Assembly: GCA_049840735.1 (NCBI GenBank)
Contig: JASGJN010000009.1
Coordinates: 1-64,000, forward strand
Length of the DNA: 64,000 nucleotides
DNA from: Anaeromyxobacter sp.
GTDB taxonomy: Bacteria > Myxococcota > Myxococcia > Myxococcales > Anaeromyxobacteraceae
Direction of reading: 5' to 3'
The notes beneath the pieces were generated by a model, which saw nothing but the letters and a program-made list of their open reading frames with translations, did no database searches and was not told the DNA's origin. The stretch's first letter is position 1. Every line of letters begins with the position of its first letter. The translations under genes were made by a program, and so were the position numbers. Below, one piece after another: positions 42,372 through 49,922 of this stretch.

Positions 42372-43364
42372 CTAGGGCTTGTGGACGTAGTCGAGGGGCT
42401 GGGCGAGCAGCTCGCCCTGGTGCGTGCGCACCCAGGCGATGGTCTGGTCCAGCCCCTCCTCCAGCGAGATGCGCGGCTCCCAGCCCAGCTCGCGGCGCGC
42501 CCTGGCGCTGTCGAGCAGGTAGGCGGCGTCCTTGCCCGGGCGGTCGGCCACGATCTCGACGTGGTCCTCGAAGCGCACGCCCAGCCGGCGGGCCACCAGC
42601 TCGACCAGCTCGCGGATGGAGACGTTGAGGGTGGTGGAGAGGTGGAGAATCCCGCCCGGCGCGCCGTCGCGGGCCACGGCCAGCGTGGCGCGGGCCACGT
42701 CCTCGGCGTGGATGAAGGAGCGGACCGAGCGGCCGCCGCCGTGCAGCTGGAGGGTCCGGCCGGTGAGGAAGAAGAGCACCGCGCGCGGCACGATCCGGTA
42801 CAGCTGCTGCCCCGGGCCGTAGACGTTGGCGGCGCGGGTGAAGGTCACCGGGAACCCGTAGTTCCGGTGGAAGGTCATGAGGCTCAGGTCGGCCGCGGCG
42901 CGGCTGACGGCGTAGGGCGTGCTCGGGTTGTACTGCGTGTGCTCGGGGACCAGCCCCTGGCAGGCGCCGTACACCTCGGGCGTGGAGACGTGGACGTACT
43001 TGCGCAGGAAGGGGCGGCGGCGCAGCCCGTCGTGCAGCTTCACGGTGGCCACCACGTTGGTGGACATCCAGTGCTCGGGGTGCGCCCAGCTCTCCGCCAC
43101 CATGCTCTGGGAGGCGAAGTTGATCACGTGGTCCGGCCGGAAGTCGTCCACCGCCGACAGGATGGCGTCCAGGTCGTGGTTCAGGTCGAGCTGCCGGAAG
43201 GTGAAGCGGCCGGGCGCGTCGGCCCAGCGGTAGGGCAGGAAGACCCGGTGCGGCTCGGGCGAGCGGCTCACGCCCAGCACCTCGCAGCCCTGCCGCAGCG
43301 CCTCGGCCACCAGGTGCGCGCCGGTGAAGGAGTTGGAGCCGAGGACCAGCACGCGGTCGGTCAC
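42372..43364 (-). CDS. NDP-hexose 4,6-dehydratase-like extended SDR
   Basis: GSNSFTG, AS.SMV.ESW, STPEVYG, PSTPYAVSR, ANVYGPGQ, DRPGKD.AY. Confidence 0.9.
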   Translation of the reverse strand: MTDRVLVLGSNSFTGAHLVAEALRQGCEVLGVSRSPEPHRVFLPYRWADAPGRFTFRQLDLNHDLDAILSAVDDFRPDHVINFASQSMVAESWAHPEHWMSTNVVATVKLHDGLRRRPFLRKYVHVSTPEVYGACQGLVPEHTQYNPSTPYAVSRAAADLSLMTFHRNYGFPVTFTRAANVYGPGQQLYRIVPRAVLFFLTGRTLQLHGGGRSVRSFIHAEDVARATLAVARDGAPGGILHLSTTLNVSIRELVELVARRLGVRFEDHVEIVADRPGKDAAYLLDSARARRELGWEPRISLEEGLDQTIAWVRTHQGELLAQPLDYVHKP

Positions 43365-43975
43365 GGGTAGAGCCCTCCGGCGACGACGCGGAGCGGGGTG
43401 GTCACCTCGCCCTCGACGGGCGGGTTGGCGGCCAGCCACTGGGTGATCATGTGGCCGACGAGCATCTGGACGTCCTCGGCGATCTGCATGTCGTCGAGGC
43501 GGAGGTGGATGGCGTGGTCGGCCAGCGCGAGGCACTTGCCGCCGGAGAAGCCCAGGACGGCGAAGCTCACCAGCCCGCCGCGCCGCGCCGCCTCGATGGC
43601 CGCCACGACGTTGGGGGAGTTGCCGCTGCCGGACAGGACCACCAGCAGGTCGCCCGGGCGGCCCAGCACCTCCAGCTGGCGCGAGAACACCGCGTCGTAG
43701 CCGACGTCGTTGGCGAGGCAGGTGGTGACGGCCTGGTTGGCGGGGAGCGCGATGGCCCGCAGCCCCTTGCCGCCGTTGGCCCTGCCGGCGCCGAAGAACA
43801 GGTCGTTCACGAGGTGGAGCGCGTTGGCGGCGCTGCCGCCGTTCCCGCAGACGAAGACCTGCCGGTCCTCGCGCCAGGCGGCGCGGAGGGCGGTGGCCAG
43901 TCGCTCGACCTCGGCCAGGTCGAGGGACGCCATCGCGCGCTGCGCCTTGGCGACGTAGGCTTCGAAGTGCGTCAT
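43361..43975 (-). CDS. gmhA: SIS-domain phosphoheptose isomerase-like protein
   Basis: CGNGGSAA, ANDVGY..VF..QL, SGSGNS.NV, GFSGG, MQIAED; AGGAGG RBS. Confidence 0.88.
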   Translation of the reverse strand: MTHFEAYVAKAQRAMASLDLAEVERLATALRAAWREDRQVFVCGNGGSAANALHLVNDLFFGAGRANGGKGLRAIALPANQAVTTCLANDVGYDAVFSRQLEVLGRPGDLLVVLSGSGNSPNVVAAIEAARRGGLVSFAVLGFSGGKCLALADHAIHLRLDDMQIAEDVQMLVGHMITQWLAANPPVEGEVTTPLRVVAGGLYP

Positions 43976-44016
43976 GCAGGTCCTCCTGGCGCCGGGGAGG
44001 GCGCGGGAGGACGGTC

Positions 44017-44032
44017 TGCAAGTCACTGGCCA
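44017..44032 (-). promoter_or_regulatory. Putative sigma54 promoter of the 11-gene sugar operon
   Basis: Minus strand TGGCCAG-TGAC-TTGCA, 42 nt upstream of the ATG. Confidence 0.75.
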
Positions 44033-44179
44033 GGGCAGCTTCCCCGGGAGTTCCGGCGGGTTGGGCCGCCGCCGGCCGTACGCCGGGCCCGGCTCGTCAG
44101 CCCGGTGACGGGTCCGGCGGTCCGCGGTCGTCAGCCCCGTGACGAGCAGTGCGGGCCGCGGCGAGCGTGGCCCGGCGCG

Positions 44180-45557
44180 TCACGCGCCCTTGCGGCGGAT
44201 CCAGAAGCTGCCGCTCTGCGTCGGGCTGCGCTCCGGATCCCAGGCCGGGAAGGCGGCGCGGAAGGCCGGCAGGTGCTCCTGCTGCAGCCAGCCCAGCCCC
44301 ATCAGCACCTCGAAGCGATTGTTGCAGGCCAGGAACGCCTGCAGGAGGTAGGCCTCGGTCCAGAACACGCGGAACTTCGGGTTGGTGTAGTAGGCCCGCC
44401 CGTACTCGAAGGGCAGCGAGATGTCGTGGATGTGCACCAGCACCCCCGGCGCCAGCCGCGGCAGCACCTCGAGGTACAGGAAGTTCACGTCCCCGCCGAT
44501 CTTCACCACGTGGCTGGAGTCGATGAAGAGCAGGTCGCCGTCGCCCAGCCGCTCGAACCGCTCCAGCGAGGTCTCCTCCACGCGCTGCGGCACCAGCTCG
44601 GAGATCCCCGGCAGCGCCCGGATCACCGGGCCCGGGTACGGGTCGATCACGGTGTAGTCGGCCGGCGGCGCACCCTCCGCCGCGTTGCGCGCCAGCGCCG
44701 CGGAGATGACCCGCGTCGACCACCCGGAGCCCACCTCGATGACCCGCCGCGGGCGGGAGCGCCGGATGAAGGCGTGGGTGGAGGCGGCGCAGCCGTAGGA
44801 GAAGCTGCCGTTCTCGAGGTGGAAGGCGCGCGGATCGGCCGGCGGCTGCACCGGCCAGGCGCACTCCGCGCCGAAGCGGCGCCCCAGCTCGGCCAGCAGC
44901 TCGAGCTGGGCCTGCTCGCGGAAGTCGATGCCGGCCAGCGGGCTGCGCCGCCCGAAGACCTGGCGGCGATCGAGGTCCGGGAGGTCCGGGACCGGCGAGT
45001 AGTAGTGCACCTGCATCGGCAGGGCGCCGGCGGCCAGGCAGGCGTCCGTGCCCTCGCCGCTGAAGGCCATGTGCCGGACCAGCGCCGGGAGGTCGGCGGC
45101 GGAGAAGGTCTGGCCCGGCGGGAGCGACGGCAGGAGCGACGGGCCGGGGGGCGGCCGCGGCGGGGCAGGGGCGGCCTCCGGCGGCCGCAGGGCCGCCGCC
45201 AACCGGGCCGCGGCGCCGTCCGGCGCGGCCGCCAGCGGGCCCACCGGGTGGACGGGGTCGAACTGGCGCAGCGTGTCGAGCAGCTCGGTGGCGGCATCGA
45301 CGATCAGCACCTCCGGCACCTCGGCGCGCCCGCTCTCGCGGACCAGCGCCAGGACCGCGTCACCGGCCTGCTCCGGCGTGGGCCGGCCCGGGCCGGCCTC
45401 CAGCGCCAGCACCAGCGCCACGGGGTCGGTGGGCGCGAAGGCGCGGAAGTAGGCCGCGACCACCCGGCGCCAGCCGGCGCCCTGCCAGTCGGGGGTCAGG
45501 AGCAGCGCCTCGCGGCGCGCCGGCGCCGCCCGTGACCGCCTGGGATTCGATCCTCAT
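44180..45557 (-). CDS. Methyltransf_24-like methyltransferase with N-terminal accessory domain; apparent frameshift near 45546
   Basis: HYYSPVPD, IEVGSGWST, FIDSSHVVKIGGDVN, HIHDI, WTEAY; paralog of 17254..18105. Confidence 0.88.
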
Positions 45558-47333
45558 GACGCCCTCGCCTCCAGCCCGGTGCTGCGCGTGTCCTTGATCA
45601 TGCGGAGGTAGCGCTGCACGGCCGCGGCCTCCAGGGCCGGCCCCTCGCGCTCCAGCCGCGCCAGGTGGGCCTCGATCAGCGCCAGCGGCTCGCGCGGCTC
45701 GAACCGGAACCCGCCGGCCGGGACCGTGGCCAGCCGCTCCACCAGCGCGCGCACCGCCGGATCGCCGGCGGTGGGCAGCGCCTGCCGGAGCTGTCCCTGG
45801 AGCGACGCGCGCACCGGCTCCCCGGCGCGCGCCAGCCAGTCCACCAGCCGGTCCTCGAGCAGCGGCGCGTACCCGCAGCGCGTCACGAACGCCTGCGGCT
45901 GGAAGCGGGCCTGCAGCGTGGCCATGAGCGCGGCCGCGGCGTGGTCGGGCTGGGTGAGATCCAGCGCCGGGAAGAGCGCCTCGAACGGCTGGGTGTCCAG
46001 GAACGCGGCGGCGGCCCGGGCCGAGTCGTAGATGCCGGCCTCGGTGAAGAGGGCGGTCCCCTGGTTCGGGTGGAGGCGGGTGACGCTGGTGGGCCGGTCC
46101 AGGAAGCGCGCGCGGTAGCGCGCGCTGATCCGCAGCCACAGGTCGTAGTCCTGGCCGTAGCGGAAGCGGAGGTCGAAGCGGCCCACCGCCTCGAACACCT
46201 CCCTGTGCACCGCCACGGTGATGCCGTTCACGTAGTTGACCATCAGCAGCCGGAGCACCTGCTGCTCCACCGGCGGGATGACGTGCGGGACGGAGAGCCC
46301 GGAGGGCTCGACGGCGCCGGACGGCTCGCGCAGGAACCGGTAGTTGGTGTGCATGAAGCGCAGGCCGGGATCGGCCCGCGCCGCCTCGCGGTGGAGCGCC
46401 AGCTTGTCCGGCAGGAACAGAATCGTCGGAGGAGAGCCAGCAGATCCAGTCGCCCCGGGCCTCGGCCAGCGCGCGGTTGAGGGCGCTGGCCACGCCGCCG
46501 TTGGCCTGGCGGAAGGGGCGGATGCGCGGGTCCCGCGCCGCGTAGGCCGCGGCCACCTCGGAGGTCGGGTCGGTGGAGCCGTCGTCCACCACCAGCGCCT
46601 CCCAGTCCGGATCCGTCTGGGCCAGCAGCGAGTCGAGGGCCGCGCCCAGGAAGTGCGCCTGGTTGTAGCAGGGGACCATCACCGAGAAGGTCGGGCGGTC
46701 GCGGCCCGGCGCCACGCCTGCGGGTGCGGGAGCGGCGGGGGCGCGCCGGACCAGGCGCGCTCCGGGGACCTGCACCAGCCGGGCGCCCGCAGCGCGCAGC
46801 CGGCCGGTCAGCGCCTCCGCGGCGCCGTCCCCGGCGCCGGCATCGAGGCCGCCCGCGGCCCGGTAGAACGGCGCGCGCAGGGCGAGGCCGTCGAGCGGGA
46901 GCGACGCCGTCCCGCCGCCTGCGGCCCGCTGCAGCGGGAGCGGGAGCCCCTGCGCGTCGAGGTGCGTCGCGCCTGCGGCCGCCAGGTGAGGGTCGGCCGC
47001 CAGCGGCGCCAGCAGCGGCCGGAGCCAGCCCGGCTCCGGCTGGACGGCGGAGGTGAGGAACACCAGCAGCTCGCCGCGGGCCAGCGCGGCGCCAGCGGCG
47101 GCGGCGCGCGCCGGCCCGAGCGGCGCCGGGTTCCGGTGGAGGATCAGGCCGGGCAGCCGCTGCAGCGCGGCGGCCGTCTCGTCGGTGGTCCCGTCGTCCA
47201 CCACGATGGTCTCGGCCGCGAGGCCGCGGGTCTCCTCGAGGAGCCCCATCAGCAGCGCGAAGGTGTGATCCCAGCCGCCCTGGACGGCGATCACCAGCGA
47301 GACGAGGGGGGCACCGGGGGTGGGCTGGGGCAT
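45554..47333 (-). CDS. Tandem GT2 glycosyltransferase (degenerate plus intact domain); apparent frameshift near 46421
   Basis: SVMVPCYN, VVDDGSTD, NGGVASALN, WLSSDD(LFLPDKL), QDYDLWLR. Confidence 0.9.
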
Positions 47334-47393
47334 GGGCTCAGGGGCTAGGAGGGCATGGCTGACGCGGAGTGGAGGCGCGCCGCCGGGCAGGTG

Positions 47394-47409
47394 TGCAGGA
47401 ACCCTGCCG
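47394..47409 (-). promoter_or_regulatory. Putative sigma54 promoter
   Basis: Minus strand CGGCAGG-GTTC-CTGCA, GG-N10-GC, about 60 nt before the ATG at 47333. Confidence 0.5.
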
Positions 47410-47639
47410 CGGCGCAGCCCCTGGTTCCAGACACTTGCGCCGGGCCGGGCCGTCATTCGGCTGACGTTCGGCGGGGCCGCCGGGGCCCAGGGCCGCGGGG
47501 GGCGCACGCCGGCGGCGAGTCCTGCGCCGCGGGCGTCAGCCGGGTGACACGGACCGGCCCTTGCCGTGCGCGCAGGGTCGGGCCCGGGCGGGCCGGGAGG
47601 ACGGATGCGCCGTCGTCCGGCTCATCACGGCCGGGACCC

Positions 47640-47872
47640 CGCGCCGCTGCCTCCAGCTCACCACCAACGCCTCGCTCCTGACCGAGCCGATGGCCGAGCG
47701 GCTGGCGCCGCGGCTGCACCACCTGGTGGTCTCGCTCAACGCGGCCTGCGCCGACACCCACGAGCGGGACATGAGCAACGGCGAGTGGGAGCGCGTCCCG
47801 GGCGTCTCGCTGGACTCGCGCAACGGCGCGTACCTGCAGGACGCGCAGCGCCTCGCCGCGCGCGCCGGGTAG
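47640..47872 (+). pseudogene. Internal fragment of a radical SAM gene
   Basis: LQLTTNASLLTE...LVVSLNAA..DTHER matches the TTNG...ISLD core; no CxxxCxxC and no credible start. Confidence 0.6.
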
Positions 47873-47954
47873 CGGCCCGCCCCCGGGCCGACCCGGAGGG
47901 CGGCACCGCAGACGGGCCGGACGCCCGGGCGCCGCCCTGCTATGTTCTGTGGCG

Positions 47955-48884
47955 GTGAAGCCCTACCTCGTCGTCAACCCCGCCAGCGCCTCCGGCCGGA
48001 CCGGCCGCCACTTCGACGCCATCGCGCGGGAGGTGCGCGCCGCGGTGGGGGACTTCGAGTACGCCTTCACCGAGCGCCGCGGCGACGGCGTGCGGCTGGC
48101 CCAGCAGGCGCTGGCGGCCGGCGGCAAGCTGGTGGTGGCGGTGGGCGGCGACGGCACGGCCAGCGAGGTCATCGACGGCCTCACCTCGCACACCGGCCCG
48201 CGCGATCCGGAGGCGCTGTTCGGCTTCATCCCGCGCGGCACCGGCGGCGACCTGCGCCGGACCATCGGGATCGGCGGCGACGTGGCCGCGGCGGCCCGCA
48301 CCCTGGCCAGCCGCAGCGTGGCGGTGCTGGACCTGGGCCGGATCGAGTTCGTGGGGCGCGACGGCCGCCCGCAGGTGCGCCACTTCGCGAACGTGGCCGG
48401 GTTCGGCGTGTCCGGCGTGGTCTCGGATCACGTCAACACCGGGCTCAAGCTCCCCAGCGGGAAGCTCTCCTTCATGCTGGCCAGCGCCCGGGCGCTGCTC
48501 ACCTGGTCGGACCGACCGGTCCGCTGGCGGGTGGACGGCGGCCCCTGGCAGGAGGAGCGGGTCACGGCCCTCTCGGTCTGCAACGGGCGCTACTTCGGCG
48601 GCGGCATGCTGGTCGCGCCCGACGCGCGGATGGACGACGGCCTCTTCGACGTCGTGGTCTGGCAGGGGCTGGGGATCGGCGACTTCGTGCTCAAGAAGCA
48701 CAAGCTCTACGACGGCACCCACACCGAGCTGGCCAACACCCGCGTCCTGCGGGGGCGCACCGTGGAGGCCGAGCCGGCGGGGGACGTCGACGTCCCGCTG
48801 GACGTGGACGGGGAGGGGCCGGGCCGGCTCCCGGCCCGCGTCACCCTCCTGCCCGGGGCGCTCCGGATCCGCGTGGGGGCCTGA
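47955..48884 (+). CDS. Diacylglycerol/sphingosine-kinase family lipid kinase (YegS/BmrU-like)
   Basis: VVNPAS, VGGDGT.SEV, PRGTGGD, NGRYFGGGM, DDG.FD, VDGE. Confidence 0.94.
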   Translation: MKPYLVVNPASASGRTGRHFDAIAREVRAAVGDFEYAFTERRGDGVRLAQQALAAGGKLVVAVGGDGTASEVIDGLTSHTGPRDPEALFGFIPRGTGGDLRRTIGIGGDVAAAARTLASRSVAVLDLGRIEFVGRDGRPQVRHFANVAGFGVSGVVSDHVNTGLKLPSGKLSFMLASARALLTWSDRPVRWRVDGGPWQEERVTALSVCNGRYFGGGMLVAPDARMDDGLFDVVVWQGLGIGDFVLKKHKLYDGTHTELANTRVLRGRTVEAEPAGDVDVPLDVDGEGPGRLPARVTLLPGALRIRVGA

Positions 48885-48914
48885 CCCTCCGCACCGCGTC
48901 GCAACGGGACTACC

Positions 48915-49847
48915 ATGCGACGCATGGTCCTCCCGCTCGCCTTGCTGCTCGCCGCCACGCCCATCCCAGTCGTCGCCCCCGCGCCGGTCGTGCCGCGCCA
49001 GGTGGACGGCCCGGGCGAGCTGAAGGCGCTCTGCGCCCGGCTCACCCCCACCGAGCAGCTGCGGCTCGAGGGCGACGCCGTGGAGCGCGGGGAGCGCGAG
49101 GCGCGCCACGAGGAGGAGCGGCAGGCGGCGATCACCGGGCGGTACCTGGTCCGCGTGGACGGGCGCGGGCTGGCCTTCGCGCCGTACGACGGCCCCGAGC
49201 GGCGCCTGACCCTGGCGGAGCCGGCGGCCCTGCCGCTGGAAGGCGGCGCGGTGCGGCTCTGGATGACCGAGGAGCGCGGGCTGCCGGTCAAGGTGGACGC
49301 AGGCGCGGCGAGGGCCATCCTGGCGGCGCAGCGCGCCGGGACGCTGGCCCTGCTGCTCACCTTCGACCTGCCGGACGAGGCGCAGTGCGGAGCCGCCACG
49401 GCCGGGAAGCGGTTCACGCTGGGCGCCGAGCCGGTGGAGTGGATCTGGCTGGACGGCGCGCAGCCGCTGGCGCAGGGCGGGGCCGCCGCCGAGCGGCCGG
49501 TGCTGGACGCCAGCCGCGGCGCCCGCCCGCGGGTGGACGTGGGCGACCCGCTGGCGGGCGGGGCCGAGCTGAAGAAGGCGGTGCTGGCGCGGGCCGAGGC
49601 GCTGGAGGGCTGCTACAAGGACGCCCTGCGCGCGGCGCCGGCGCTGGACGGCGTGCTGGTGGTGGAGCTGGGGGCGCCGCAGCCGGCGGTCTCGGCCGAC
49701 TCCACCGGCTCGGCCGAGCTGGCCGCCTGCGTGGCCCGGGCGCTTGCGCCGGTGACGGCCGGCATGGGGACGGTGCCCATCCGCTTCGAGCTGCTGCCCC
49801 CGGGCGCCCCGCTCCCGGCGTCGGCCGGCAGCGGCGCGTCGCAGTAG
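48915..49847 (+). CDS. Exported hypothetical protein with AgmX/TonB-C-like C-terminal domain
   Basis: Signal-like N-terminus; LEGCYKDALRAAPALDG.LVVEL...LAACV pattern. Start may be 48924. Confidence 0.65.
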   Translation: MRRMVLPLALLLAATPIPVVAPAPVVPRQVDGPGELKALCARLTPTEQLRLEGDAVERGEREARHEEERQAAITGRYLVRVDGRGLAFAPYDGPERRLTLAEPAALPLEGGAVRLWMTEERGLPVKVDAGAARAILAAQRAGTLALLLTFDLPDEAQCGAATAGKRFTLGAEPVEWIWLDGAQPLAQGGAAAERPVLDASRGARPRVDVGDPLAGGAELKKAVLARAEALEGCYKDALRAAPALDGVLVVELGAPQPAVSADSTGSAELAACVARALAPVTAGMGTVPIRFELLPPGAPLPASAGSGASQ

Positions 49848-49922
49848 CCGCGGCCCCGGCGCTGGCCCCGCGGCGCCGCGCCCGACCGCGCGGGCGCCGG
49901 ACGTGCCACAATGGCGGCCTGC

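Noticed and set aside
9787..46424. Programmed frameshifting or phase variation as the cause of broken genes
   Set aside because: No slippery heptamers or long homopolymers at the sites, and an essential gene is also affected.
15337..47333. Island as a prophage or ICE
   Set aside because: No integrase, att repeats, or phage/conjugation genes; composition matches the flanks.
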